Source of the DNA: Camelus dromedarius
Lineage: Eukaryota
NCBI RefSeq assembly: GCF_036321535.1
Contig: NC_087437.1
Location: 71,302,001-71,366,000 of the forward strand
DNA length: 64,000 nt
Direction of reading: 5' to 3'
Made by a program: the position numbers and the translations under genes. Each line of letters begins with the position of its first letter. The first letter of the stretch is position 1. Shown piece after piece: positions 50,845-64,000 of the stretch. Under the pieces are notes generated by a model. The model was not told where the DNA came from. It made no database searches and saw nothing but the letters and a program-made list of their open reading frames with translations.

Positions 50845-51889
50845 GCACTATTTTACATTAACTCTATTCACAGCCACACTAACTAACTGGATTATTTCAA
50901 CTGAAGACTATTTGATATAGATTGACAGACTTTTCTCAGTAGTTTTTTTAAAAACAGTCTCCCTAAAACAGGTGTGTTTTGTTGCAATGTACTTATACCT
51001 CTCTAAAATTGATTTTTTGTAAAATGGCTTCCTAGCAATATGTCCTAAGCAAAAAGTGGAAAATTTTTTTTAAAAAGCAGAAGGATTTTACTTTTTTTTT
51101 TTTTTGCTCCCAATTTCCCTACAGATAAACAAACATGCACCACAGTAACAATCAGCACTTCAGAAGGCAACATTCTACCTGACTTGAGTCATATTAACAG
51201 TCTGATTCATCTACAATGGAATAAGAAAATAACGTGTGTCAAAAATTGCTTTATGGATTTTATAACTTTATTATTGGTGGTTGGAAAGTTAGAATTACAT
51301 TAAGAAAATTAACCAAGCAACATACGTCACTTTAATGTGTGTGTTAACATCAACTCACAAGTTATCACATGATCAACTTCAGCACAACTGAATAGCTCCA
51401 ACCCTTAAAGATTTACTTTAATAACTATAACAAAGAATACACTGGAAACATGTAAGTGTTACAGGAATACAGATGGAGTGAATCAGCACCATATACTTCC
51501 ACAGTAAGCTTGCACAATAAGTAGTATACACATATTTAAATGAACAAGATGCACTATTCAGTTTTACAGAAGAATTTAGGCATATCTACATGAGGGAAAT
51601 GACAATGAATTAAGAGAATATGTTTTTTAAACAATCATGTCAGGAAATACATATCCCAAAGTATTCTTTCCTAGCAGCAATCATCTTTGGTAGCCCAATG
51701 AAGCTGATACAGCTTAAGACTCTTTGGAACAACATTTTTAGGACTGCTTTGAGATTTAGTACACAAAATACAAAAGATAATCATTCTCATTTTTTATATC
51801 TGATGTTGATTTTTTTCCTTTGCTTTTTACCCGAGAAAACTGTAAAGGTAAATACAAATTGAAAAAGAAAAAACTTAATTTTCCCTGGT

Positions 51890-52514
51890 GAAAAGAGAAA
51901 AAGACTCTCCTCCTCTCTTGGAGTATTTTCTCTAGAAAACTTGTAAATTCTTTCTCTGCACCTTTGAGATGCAAATCTCTTTAAAAGCAAAAGAAGCCTC
52001 CTGCCAATTTTATAACACAGGTAAGTTTTCTCCAGGACCTGTGAGCCATCTCTTTCAAATGTAAACATCAGGAAAGATATGACCCATTTCTGTCAGTGGG
52101 TGGGAGCCTAACTTCTGAGGGCACCTGGCTCCAAGTTGCAAAACTAACTTGCATCATTAAGATGTGAGTTTTTTTTCCTTTGGATAAAGTCAATTAGCTA
52201 ACACAGTTGCCCCAATTACCTGGTGAATTTAAGATGAACTGATGTGACATATGGTGCTGTCAAGTCCTCTTTCTTGAGGACTAGTTATCATTTATCTTTA
52301 GAACATGTGTAATGGGTTGTATCCACCTGCCTATATAAAAGGGAAAGATTTCTTTCCGCCTTTACAGTCTCTTGCAGATCCCCTGTGATGCACATCACAT
52401 TCTAAATTAATGTTTATTCAATAATAAAGCAAAGTGTTTCCTTTCTCTTTTACTTTTGTTAGAGAGGTTTTCTGGGTTGGCAGGATATTTTGTTTTTAAT
52501 TATATTTCCCCAAC
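51890..52514 (+). mobile_element. ERV1-type solo LTR (MER34-like), antisense to GRAMD1C
   Basis: TATA ctatataaaagg at ~52331, aataaa at ~52422, 3' end ttttgtttttaattatatttccccaaca; 5' boundary uncertain. Confidence 0.7.
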
Positions 52515-53089
52515 ACAACATTTTCCAGCATGAAAATCTAGGTTCTTCACTCATTTAATCAGAGAAATTAAAAAATGTTTTGAGCAATAACATCACTGAA
52601 GTAAGCATCTGTTCCTTCCAAGGTGAATACATTCAAAACGATAAACATATTTAGAAGTGTAAACACTTATTTTAGTACAAAACTAGTACATAGACCTTCT
52701 TGATGAAGTTGACATGGGTTTACTTCCCCTCCTTCTCCAAAATTCCTTTGAAATGACAGGGAAGACGTATAAAAGAGATTCAATTTATAACAATGCTGAG
52801 GGGTGGGTATAAGAACGGTACATAAGCCAACTAGCAGTTCTAATACATTCTTAGAAGACAGAAAGTTGATACTAATGGATAAACCAAACAGAAAGCCTCA
52901 GCTCAAAAAACATACCAGAGAAGTCTGCAGTAGAGACAACAGCCACCCTTCCCTGTGCCACCGCAGAGATTCCACACTTAGAATCAGCAGGTACAAAGAG
53001 GGCTGGTTAAACCAGGGACAGGTATCGGGTACCTGACCGGTGAGCTCCATGTGGGAGAGTCAGCCACACTCACGTCCTCCAGCAAGGTG

Positions 53090-55345
53090 GAGTTCCTATA
53101 GCTTTGCAGCTTCAGCATCATTTGGTGTTGTCAGTTGTTTTCATTTTTAATTTTAGCAGTTCTATTAGGTATGTCGTTTATTTAACTGCACTTTTAACTT
53201 GCATTTCCCTGTAACAAATGATAGTGTGCAATTTTTCATACACTTATTTGCCACCCATATATCTCCTCTGGTCAAGTGTCTGCCCATTTTTTACTAGACT
53301 GTTTGTGTTCTTACTATTAACTTTTAAGAACAGTTTCTATTCTGGATAGAAGTGGGTTTTTTTTTTTTTTTTTCAAATCAGATAACAACTATTTTCTCCT
53401 CGTTTGTGGCTTGCTATTTTCACTCTTCATACAGCATCTTTTGCATAGCAGAAGATTTTAATTTTCATAAAGTGCAATTTATCAGTTTTTCCTTGTATGA
53501 ATCATGCTTTTGGTGCTGCATATAAAAAGTCACTATCAAATCCAAAGTCACAGAGATTTTCTCTAGAAAAACCCAGATGTTTTCTTGTAGAAGATCTACA
53601 GTTCAATGTTTTATATTTATTCATGTAAATGATCCATTCTGAGGTAATTTCTGTATAAAGTGTGAAGTAAACATCAAGGTTCATTTCTCCGCATATGGAC
53701 ATCTAATTTGTTCTAGCACCATTTGTTGAAAAAACTAAATCTTCTCCATTGAATTGCCTTTGTTGCATCTTTGTCAAAAATCAGTTCACAGTATTTGTAT
53801 GATTTTATATCTGGGCTTTTTTCTGTTCCATTGATCTAAATGTCAATCCTTTGGCAAATCGCAGACTGTCTTGATTACTGTAGCTTCATAAGTCTTGAAA
53901 TTGAGTAATGTGTGTCTTCCAGCTTTGTTCTTCTTTTTCAGAATTGTTTTGGCTATTCTAATTCCTTTGCTTTTCCATATAAATTTTAGAATCAGTCTGT
54001 TCCTTCATCCACAAAAAAGCTTGCTGGGATTTTTCACTTGAGAGAATTAAGACCTTAACAATATTGAGTCTTCCAATCTAAAAACATTTATTTAGACTTC
54101 CAATATCAATGCATTACAGTTGTCAGCATATAAAGCCTGCGTATTTGTTAGATTTATACTTAAGTACTTCTATTATTGGGAGGTTCTGATGTAAACTGCA
54201 TATTTTTAATTCCAATTGCTCATCACTCGTATAAATGAATATGATTCTCTTTTACCCTCAAATGATCTTCAATCCTGAGACGTGACTAAACTCACTCATT
54301 AAATCTAGAACTTTTTTTGTAGATTATCTGAGATTTTCTACATGAATAATCATGTCTATTTCCAATAAAGTTAGTTTTTTTCCCTATTTTTCTAATCTGT
54401 ATATGCCTTTTATTTCCTTTCAAGTGTATTGCACTTACTGCACTTATGACGTCTAGTATGATGCTGAGTAAGAGGAGTGAGAGAGTACATCTTTGCCTTC
54501 TTTCTAATTTAAGGTGCAAGGCATCCACTCGTTCATTATTAAGTAAGCTGTCAGATGTAGCTTTCTCATAGTTAATTCTAAGGAGGGTTGAAGAAGTTCT
54601 ATCCCTAACTTGCTGAGAGTTTAATTATGAATGAATGTTGAATTTCATAAAATACTTTCTCTGCATCTATTGAGATGATCACGTGGTTTTTCTTTCCTTT
54701 TTTTTTAATTGAGTTATAGTCATTTTACAATGTTGTATCAAATTCCAGTGTAGAGCACAATTTTTCAGTTATACGTGAACATACATATATTCATTGTCAC
54801 ATTTTTCTTTCGCTGTGAGCTACACATGGTTTTTCAGTTAGTTTGTTAAGATGATAAATTACATTGATTGATTTTTTTTTTTTTGGTTTTTTTTGTGTGT
54901 GTTGCACTAGTCTGGAATTCCTGGAATGAACCTCACTTGGTCATGAACCACAATCCTTTTAATAAACTGATGGATTTCAATTGCTAATATTTTGTTTCAG
55001 CTTTTCATTTCTATGTTCATGACAGCTATTGGTCTTTCTTTCCTTGGAATGTTTTTGTCTGGTTTTGGGATTTTCCTAATACTAGTCTCATAAAATGAGT
55101 TGGGAAGTGATCCTTCTTATTTTTGGAAGGGAAGATAATAGTTTTTCCATAAATCGTTGATAGATTTCACCACCGACATTATCCAGGCCCAGAGGTTTGT
55201 TTTCCTTTCTTTCTTTCTTTTCTTTTTATTTTTTGGAAGGTTTTTAAGCTACAGATTCAACTTCTTTAATTCAAACTATTTGTTTCTTCTTAGGTTAGGT
55301 TTGGTGGTTTGTATTTTTTAAGGAATTAGTCCATTTTATCTGTTG
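53090..55345 (-). mobile_element. Decayed ancient L1 ORF2 fragment
   Basis: tctagcaccatttgttgaaaa, gtcttgattactgtagctt and ttgttttggctattct motifs; ORF 54292-54528 resembles the RT region. Confidence 0.85.
54693..54822 (-). mobile_element. Short 3' tip of the same young L1, inserted in an older L1
   Basis: Reverse complement of the 62985-63100 segment; TSD cacRtggtttttc at 54680-54692 and 54823-54835. Confidence 0.85.
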
Positions 55346-57733
55346 CCAGCCATAAAAAAGCTACAGACTAAAGGGAACTTGATGAAAGATGAGGGGTGAG
55401 AGGATATTTAAAATATATGAAAGACCACATAAGCCAGCTTTACTCCAAGGTCACTGGAATACCATCCATGAAGGGTTTTGATCTGATCAGATCTGCACTG
55501 TAGAAAAACCTCTAAAGCTGCAGTACCAAATAGATTAAAGGCATGGAAAGCTAGGGCAGAGATCAGTTAAAGGCTTCTGTAGCATATACTAAATTTTATT
55601 TCCAGATAATATTTTATATACATAAAATATGTATATTTTTAGTTGTCTTGGCAACTCAAACTCAACATGTTCCAAATTAAAATACTTGTCTTCCTCCAAG
55701 ATGTTACATCTTCCTTTGTACTACTTCTGTATCTTGTTAAAACTGCTCATGTCACCCTGAATCTTAGTGATTTCTTTATATGTCTGCTCTCCCACCAGAC
55801 TGCAAGTTCTTCAGAAACAGCATGTGTCTGGCACATAATGAGTGCTAATAAATGTTTATTGAACTAAGTTATAAGGTACAATATTGTGGATCTGAAATAA
55901 TACTGAGTTGTTTTAATAAATGAAAGGTTAAAGTTAGGACATTCTGTTTCAGAAGACAGTGATCCAATATATGGTTAAAGCTAAGAACTTAAAGGCATTT
56001 GTACAGAATGATCCCAATGTTATATTTTAATTTTATAGGTGTGTGTGTCATTGACATTATTTCTGAATAATACAATTGTAAGTGGCTTTGGATTTCTACT
56101 TTGTAAATGTTGATATTTTCCAAGTTTTACACAATGAACAAGTTTATTATAACAGTGAGGAAAAATATAAAATGTAAATTTTTGAAAACATATATACACA
56201 CTAAAAGATGTTCAGAAATTTGTCTATAAAATATTAAACAAAATTACACATAGGTAGTAGGATCACCAATGATTTTCAATGTTTTATATATATTTTTCTA
56301 TATGGCTTTAATGCTTTATCATGAGTATGTATCACTGTATCATCTGATTAATTTTTTTTAAGAAAGCAGTGATGAATTTAATACATTTCATAAAGTTTTC
56401 CATGAAAAGTCATTGATTTCAAGTGACAAACTGGCAAGAAACATTTGCAATACACATGAAAACACATATTTTTTAGCATCTAACAAGCTATTACAAATTA
56501 AGAAAAAGAAAAATATCCACTAGGAAAAAAATGGGCAAAGTTTATGAAGAGAAAGTTTCATAGAAAAAGAAATACAAATGGTTTATAGACAGATATTCAA
56601 CCTCGCTCATAATTAAAGAAATGCATATTTAAATGCCATTTCTACCTACCAAATTTTGCCTAAGCAAAGTTCCTGTGGTGTGGCACAACAGGAAGTCACC
56701 TATGCTGTTGATGAGAATAAATATTGGTGTAGCCTTTTTGAAGGACAATTTGGCAATAATGTAAACCTTTTAAATGCTCATTACCTTTTTATCACAATTC
56801 CACTTCATGTAATTTATCCTACAATACATGTGGCACATGTGTGCCAAAACAAATAGACGAGAAGTTTCAGTGTAACACCAGTAGTAGTAGTGAAAGACAG
56901 GAATCAATCAAAATGTCCATCAGCAGGGGATTTGTTAAACAAATTATGGTACAAAATTCATTCAGCTGACTACTAGGCAGCCATTAAAAGAATGAACTAG
57001 ATCCATAAGTAGTGCTAATAGAAAGAGCTCTAAACAAGACTGAAAACAGTAAGAAGAGTGTGCACCTGTTTAAGTTCTGTTAGGAATATATGTACATTCT
57101 CCTCGTTATACATGCAGAAAATTTCTGGAAATATATATAAGAACTTGCTAAAAGTGGCTACTACTCAAGAAGAAGGTCAGAGTGGTCTTGGTTGGAAGGG
57201 CCATGCACTTTTCACCATACACTCTTATGCCATATTTGAACATTTTCTCATGAGACTATTACTTCCCAATGTTTTTAAAAGTTGTTTTAATTCATTACTA
57301 TGATATTTAAAGAACTGAACTCTCTAGAAATTCAGTTACACTGAACTGAATATTGACCAACAGCAGCAGAAATTTGAGAAACTCCCATGAATAAATGGTT
57401 TAAATGAAGTATACACTAAAACTAAAACCTTGCTCTTCATTTTGATTGTAAAGAATCTATATTATGCTTATATGCAAAATAAAGCACTTCTGTAAGAACT
57501 ATGACTAAGTTTTCCTCTTAAAGCTTATTTCAAAAAAACTACCTGAAAGATTACATGAGTAATGATAAAGCCTTAAAAATTTATAAAAAATGCTCTATAA
57601 CCGTTAAGGAGCACCTTTTTCTGAGGAAAGGTAATATATATTAAACATCAAATTTAAAATTTCCCCATAAAACCACACGAAATAAGCACCAGAAGAAACT
57701 GACAAATAATTTCCTCTTAGGTCCTAGTGATTA

Positions 57734-57966
57734 CAGTTGACCCTTGAATAACGTGGGTTTGAATTGTGCAGGCCCACATATATGTGAACTTTTTAAAAAT
57801 AATAAATACTCCAGTACTACACAATCTGTGATTGGTTGAATCTGTGGATGTGGAACCACAGACACAAAGGGACAGTGGATATGGAGGGCTGACTGTAAGT
57901 TATACATGGATTTTTGACTCTGCAGAGTCAGCGCTCCTAACCCCCTCAATGTTCAAGGGTCAACTG
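57734..57966. mobile_element. Tigger-family MITE (MER8-like)
   Basis: Perfect TIRs cagttgacccttgaa / ttcaagggtcaactg, TA target duplication, 233 bp. Confidence 0.92.
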
Positions 57967-58168
57967 TACTTAGTATTTCAGAAATCACTCCTCCCCAAAT
58001 TACAACTCAGTTTTACATTGCCTAATTACAAATAACAAGATGCTGCTTATACTGAAAAACAATTTCTGTTGAGTATAAAGACTTAAACTTTCTACAAATA
58101 CTGTCACTCATCAGCTCTATTTTGATGAAGTAGTAAAGTGGTTTTTTGTAACTTCCTGTCTTTTTTAC

Positions 58169-58253
58169 CTGCTATCAGCTTCTCTGTATCAGGTAGGTGT
58201 GTGAACTGTCTTTTATACTCCTCATTCCTGTCTTTATAGGTGGAACTTGAAAT
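58169..58253 (-). CDS. GRAMD1C: GRAMD1C exon 3 (85 nt), start of GRAM domain
   Basis: ttgcag|ATT...GCAG|gtaaaa; ISSSTYKDRNEEYKRQFTHLPDTEKLIA. Confidence 0.95.
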
Positions 58254-60215
58254 CTGCAACATAAAAAGATTAATTTTCTGTTTAATTATAATCTTCATTA
58301 AATGAACTATAGTCTCTTACAAAATAACAGTAAAATGGACTTTAAAATTATATGCTTTTTATGCAATATTTTGTATGCCTTTATATGAAAAAACACATTT
58401 TAAAAAACACTTCAAAAAACACCAAAAGAAAGCAAAGGATGCTTCCAGGATGATGGAATGAGGAGTTCAGCAAATCTTCTCTGTAAAATCAAATATATAG
58501 CTGAAAAAAAAAACTTGTCAAAAAACAATCATCTCAAATGACTGGAAACTGACCAAAGGCATACAATCAGCTGAGAAATATGTTCTCATGAAAATCTACT
58601 GAAGTTGTGTGTGAACATCAGAAGTCTGTGACACTGTTTTCTGCCTGCTCCCATTACCCTTCCTCCCCCACCAGTTAATTCAATGTAGTAGTTCTACAAA
58701 AGTGGAACAGGCCATGAAAACTAGCAGCTATGGTGACAGAGGGAGGCTGAGATGATTCAGAGTGGAAAACAGAAACCTATGCCCAGAAGTAAAAGGAAAA
58801 ATTCTGAAGCTATCCAAGTAAGTGCAAGGTTGAAGTTTCAACTAGGACAAAAAACAAGTAGACTGTCAGATTAGTAAGGGGCTTAACAGAGAGATCTTGG
58901 AGGAGAGACAGCCATAGATGAACTTGATAGACTCTCCATGTACTTAGCTAAACAGAGACTACAGGCATGTGTAACAGAGAGTGGAGAAATCCCAAACTAT
59001 CCACGCATTCCTGGTTGGAGATACAAGAAGTCTCAGGGGAACATAAAAACTGGGACAAACTTGAAAAATGACCTGAACTTCAAATACATTACCCAATTAC
59101 CCAATACACAGATCTGTCAGCAGAAGGGAAAAGCCTTACTGGCTCTATGTGTTTGAGCACTATTTCTGACCAATCATTAGCTGACATAAAAGGTGACCAC
59201 AGGAAGCCAGTCTTAACAAGAAAACAACAATAATAATAAACTGAGCAAAGACATTCTCTTCCACATAATTTTACAGATTTACTCTACACAAGTTACTAAA
59301 CAAAAATCGGCAATGACAAGCTTTAGGGGCATAAAAAATTCAATCAGAATCCACAGCTGCTACAATATATTATCTAAGCTGTCCAATTTTCAACAAAAAT
59401 TATGAAATATGAAAAGAAATAGGAAAATGTGATTCATACTAAGAAAAGAAAAAAGCAGGCAATAGAGTCCTTCATAGTACCCAGATACGGATTTAGCATC
59501 AAAAAACATCAAAGCAGTTATTAACAATATTTTCAAAGAACTGATGAGAATAATGTTTAAAGAATTAAGGAAAAGTATGACAACAATGACTCCACAAGTA
59601 GAGAATCTCAACAAATAGATCTTTTTTTAATTTTAAAGAAACAAAATGGACATTCTGGACTTGAAAATGATAATCACCAAAATAAAAAATTCATGAGAGG
59701 GGCTCAACAAAAGATTCAAAATGGCAGAGAAAGAATCAATAAATTGAAAATAGATTAGTAAAACTTAACCAATTTGAAGAACAGAGATAAAATTTTGAAA
59801 AAAATAAAGAAGAGACTCAGAGACCTGTGGCAACATTAACTGAATCAAAATACATGTAATGGGAGTATCAGAAGGAAAGGGAGGCAGGAAAAGGTGAATA
59901 AATCGTAGCCGAAATATTCAAAATTTGATGAAAAACAGTGCATATATCAAAGAAGTTCAATGAACCCCAAACAGGATAAAGAAAAGAGATTCACACTTAG
60001 ACATATCACAGTTTAAATTGTTGAAAGACAGAGGACAACTTGGAAGCAGCAGGAGAAAAATGACTCATCACATAAAGGTGAAAAACAGTATGAGTAACGG
60101 CTGTCTTCTCATCATAAACAATGGAACACCTGCCTTGTAAGAAATACTAAAGGAATTCCTTCAGGCTGCAAGGAAATAACACCATATAGTGACTCAAATT
60201 CATAAGAAGAAGTGA

Positions 60216-60354
60216 GGGCAAGGGTATAGCTCAAGTGATAGAGCACATGCTGAGCATGCATGAGGTCCTGGGTTCAATCCCCATTATCTCCTCTAAAAAT
60301 AAACAAACCTAATTACCTCCCCCTACAAAAATAAAAAAAAAAATAATTAAATAG
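60216..60354 (+). mobile_element. tRNA-derived SINE nested in an old L1
   Basis: gggtatagctcaagtgatagagcacatgctgagcatgcatgaggtcctgggttcaatcccc; TSD taagaagaagtga at 60203-60215 and 60355-60367. Confidence 0.9.
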
Positions 60355-60918
60355 TAAGAAGAAGTGAAGAGCACCAGAAGTGGTAGTATGGGACAAGTAT
60401 ACAAGAGAATACAAATCTATTTTCCAGTTTTTCTCTTAACATCTTTAAGACCTAAGAGCCTGCAAAGTAATAATTATAGTATTGTTTGGTTTATGAAATA
60501 TATAGATGCAATGTATGTATAATATGATAACACAAAGTTAAATTTACATGAAATATGTAAATTTTATGTAGATGTTGAAATAGATATAGATATATAATTA
60601 TACAAAGTAGGGGAGAGATACTGGAGCTAGGTTAGAGCAAACGTTTAATACTTCAGCAGAATTAAAGTAGTAATCTGAAGTATACTGTGAGAAGTTAAGA
60701 TGTATACTGTATTCCCTCAAGCAATGTTTCTAATGATAAATGTATACACAACTAACAACAGAGTCCCAAAACACATAAAGCAAGACTGACATGACACGAT
60801 TGAAAAAAACAGATCCATCAACAGCAGCTGGAAATATCAATAATCCATTCTCAGTAACACATAGAACCACTAGACAGGAAACCAGCAAGGATATAGAAGA
60901 CTTTAACAACATTATCCA

Positions 60919-61394
60919 GCCATTTGCAACAACATAGATAGAACTTAAGAGTATTATGCTAAGTGAAATAAGCAAGACAGAGAAAGACAAATTCTGGTGG
61001 TATCACTTTTATGCAGAATCTAAATAAAAAGTCAAACTCACAGAAACAAACAGTCGAAAAGTGGTTGCCAGGGGTTAGGGGTATATGAAAGAAGAAAAGT
61101 TTGGTAAAATGGTACAGACTTTTAGCTAGAAGATGAATAAGGTCTGAGGATCTAATGTAGAACATGAAGACTATAGTTGATAACCCTGCATTGTATAACC
61201 AAAATTGAAATTTGCTAAGAGAGTAGAACTTAAATGTTCTCACTCACACAAAAATAATAATAATATTAATGGATGTGTTAATTAACTAGATGGGAGATAT
61301 CCTTTCACAATGTATATTACATCAAATCATGATGTACATTCTCAATAGTTTGTAATTTTGTCAATTATACCTTAGTAAAGCTGGAGGGGAAAAA
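60919..61394 (+). mobile_element. L1MA-like 3' end nested in the older L1
   Basis: gccatttgcaacaacatagatagaactt...ttgctaagagagtagaacttaaatgttctca; TSD aacattatcca at 60908-60918 and 61395-61405. Confidence 0.85.
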
Positions 61395-61679
61395 AACATT
61401 ATCCACCCAACTATACCTAACTGGCATTTTATAAAACACTCTATTCAACAGCTGCAGAACACACATTTTTTTCAACCACACATTGAACATCCTCCAGGAT
61501 AGACAATATGAAAACACGTTTCAATACATTTTAAAGGATTAAAACCATACAAAATATGTTCTCTGTCAACAACACAATAAAATCAGAGATCAATAACACA
61601 GGGAATAACAGAGCCCAGCTTCAAGTCATCTTAATCCTTAAAACTGGAAAAAGGCAATCTCAGACTGCATGACAGAACA

Positions 61680-61995
61680 CAGGCATATGCTGGAGATATT
61701 GCAAGTTTGGTTCCAGGCTACCACAATAAAGCAAATATCTCAATAAAGTGAATCACATGAATTCTTTGGTTTCCTAGTGCATATAAAAGTTATGTTTACA
61801 CTCTACTGTAGTCTATTAAGTATGCACTAGAATTATATCTTGAAAAATAATCTATATACTTTAATTTTAAAACACTTATTGCTAAAAAATGTTATCATCT
61901 AACAACACAGGGTTGTCACAAACCTTCAATTTGTGAAAAATGCAGTATCTGTGAAACACTCTAAAGTCAAGCACAATAAATCAAGGTGTACCTGT
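61680..61995. mobile_element. Internally deleted Tigger1-type DNA transposon
   Basis: caggcata..tggagatattgcaagtttggttccag at one end and gcacaataaatcaaggtgtacctg at the other. Confidence 0.8.
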
Positions 61996-62056
61996 TTATG
62001 AAAATCCCCTCCAGTAAAGACAACATCATGCTAGGACTCAAAATGTTTCTATAAAA

Positions 62057-63100
62057 CCATAAGCAAAACAAAATGATAACCTACGGAATGGGAGAAAATT
62101 TTTGCAAATGAAACTGACAAAGGCTTGATCTCCAGAATATATAAGCAGCTCATATGACTTAATAAGAAAAAAACAAACGACCCAATTCAAAAATGGGCAA
62201 AAGACCTAAACAAGCAATTCTCCAAGGAGGAAATACAAATGATCAATAGGCACATGAAAAAATGCTCAATATCACTAATTATCAGAGAAATGCAAATCAA
62301 AACTACAATGAGGTATCACCTCACACCAGTCAGAATGGCCATCATTCAAACGTCCACAAATGACAAATGCTGGAGAGTCTGTGGAGAAAAGGGAATGCTC
62401 CTACACTGCTGGTGGGAATGCAGTTTGGTGCAGCCACTGTGGAAAACAGTATGGAGATTCCTCAAAAGACTAGGAATAGATTTACCATATGAGCCAGGAA
62501 TCCCACTCCTGTGCATATATCCAGAAGGAATTCTACTTCAAAATGACACCTGCACCCCAATGTTCATAGCAGCACTATTTACAATAGCCAAGACATGAAA
62601 ACAGCCCAAATGTCCATCAACAGATAACTGGATAAAGAAGTTGTGGTATATTTATACAATGGAATACTTTTCAGCCATAAAAACTGACAACATAACGCCA
62701 TTTGCAGCAACATGGATGTTCCCGGAGAATGTCATTCTAAGTGAAATAAGCCAGAAAGAGAAAGAAAAATACCATATGAGATCGCTCATATGTGGAATCT
62801 AAAAAAAACAAAACAAAACAAAACATAAATACAAAACAGAAACAGACTCATAGACATAGAATACAAATTTGTGGTTGCCAACGGGGCGGGGGGTGGGAAG
62901 GGACAGATTGGGATTTCAAAATGTAGAATAGATAAACAAGATTATACTGTATAGCACAGGGAAATACATAAAAGATCTTGTGGTAGCTCACAGCGAAAAA
63001 AAATGTGACAAAGAATATATGTATGTTCATGTATAACTGAAAAATTGTGCTCTACACTGGAATTTGACACAACATTGTAAAAGGACTGTAACTCAATAAA
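62057..63100 (+). mobile_element. Young lineage-specific L1, 5'-truncated
   Basis: ORF 62239-62598 is the L1 ORF2 C-terminus ([32 protein letters not shown]); exact 17-bp TSD aaaatgtttctataaaa at 62040-62056 and 63101-63117. Confidence 0.95.
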
Positions 63101-64000
63101 AAAATGTTTCTATAAAAATAACGGAAAACACAGAAGAAAGGATAAAAGTCTGACGATACAGTCAGAAGGTCTAACATACCTGGAGTCCCAGGAGAAGAGA
63201 GAGAATGCAGTAGACGTAATATATGAAAGCACTAACGGCTACAAACTTTCCAAAGCTGATGAAAACCAGCAAATTTTCAAGAAGACCAACAAACTCTAAA
63301 CAAGATCAACAAATAGAGAGCAATACTAGGATAAAGGATGTGAGTCATATTCATTGGCCAGAATGACATAAGAAGTGCTGTGAAGAATCCTGCAAGTCAA
63401 AAATTAATATGCATATGACCTTGTTGAATACTTCAAAATAACTGACTCAGAGCATCTTTATACAAAAAAAATTCCTCTAAGCAAAAATCCTAGAGGTCAG
63501 GATCCAACAGAGACATCTGGGGAAAGGATCTCATTAAAAAGTACCATTGATACCACTGTGAACGTGTCATACATTCCCCTCCTAAATTAGAGAAAGTCAG
63601 ATACTGACCCACACAAAACTGCATATGCGGTTGAAGGCAATAAAACAATTAATCCTCTCTACCACTCATTAAAAAAATAATTAATTCCATTTTATAAATC
63701 AGCCTACACTTTGAGAAGCACTTACATGCAACAATTGAATAACAAGATTAGGCAATAATTAGTGTTCATAATGATGACATGTTTCATCAAGGTTCATCTA
63801 ATTTTAGAGTTTCCTAAAAATGAAGATGTCAAATTTATTTTAAACGAAAATTACATAATTTATACTAAGCTAAAATTACATAATAAGGATAAAGTGTAAT
63901 GAGACTAGTATATACTCTCATACTACAGCTAGGAGTGTAAATTGATACATTAAAAAAAGTTGGCTATCCATATCAAAAGACAACACATAGACTTTAATCA

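Larger units (their letters stand above)
58435..61610 (+). mobile_element. Ancient L1 5' part (5'UTR, ORF1 and endonuclease remnants) with nested insertions
   Basis: ORF1-like segment 59500-60200; ORF2 EN-like segments 60730-60910 and 61400-61600; 5' boundary approximate. Confidence 0.75.

Noticed and set aside
62239..62598. 119-aa ORF as a host gene (likewise 11124-11309, 21510-21755 and 41060-41320)
   Set aside because: L1 ORF2 fragments of truncated elements.

Overview
Mammalian nuclear DNA, not prokaryotic. The tRNA-derived SINEs and young L1 3' ends point to a camelid, though I inferred that from memory of repeat families. The window covers most of GRAMD1C (Aster-C, an ER cholesterol-transfer protein) on the minus strand. 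I assembled 15 internal coding exons by hand (58253 down to 1558; all GT-AG; 1734 nt = 578 codons, no stop or frameshift), matching human exons 3-17. They span the GRAM domain, linker, ASTER/VASt domain, TM helix and most of the coiled coil. The first two exons and the last coding exon lie outside the window. The introns contain L1 fragments, five SINEs with TSDs, MIR/L2, LTRs, Tigger/hAT MITEs, a tailless U6 retrocopy and a small CpG island. I see no new gene family or CRISPR-like system. The most interesting signals are candidate alternative transcript features, all inferred from sequence and needing RNA evidence: (1) a frame-compatible cryptic exon in intron 9; (2) an intron 6 AG|GTAAGT site that would rebuild the exon 6 donor, as in recursive splicing, or end an alternative first exon; (3) an intronic CpG island with an RFX box; (4) a micro-insertion that duplicated the exon 15 donor; (5) a possible GRAM-only terminal exon. 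Exon numbers follow my recollection of the human gene. Repeat subfamily names are also from memory and need RepeatMasker/Dfam confirmation.
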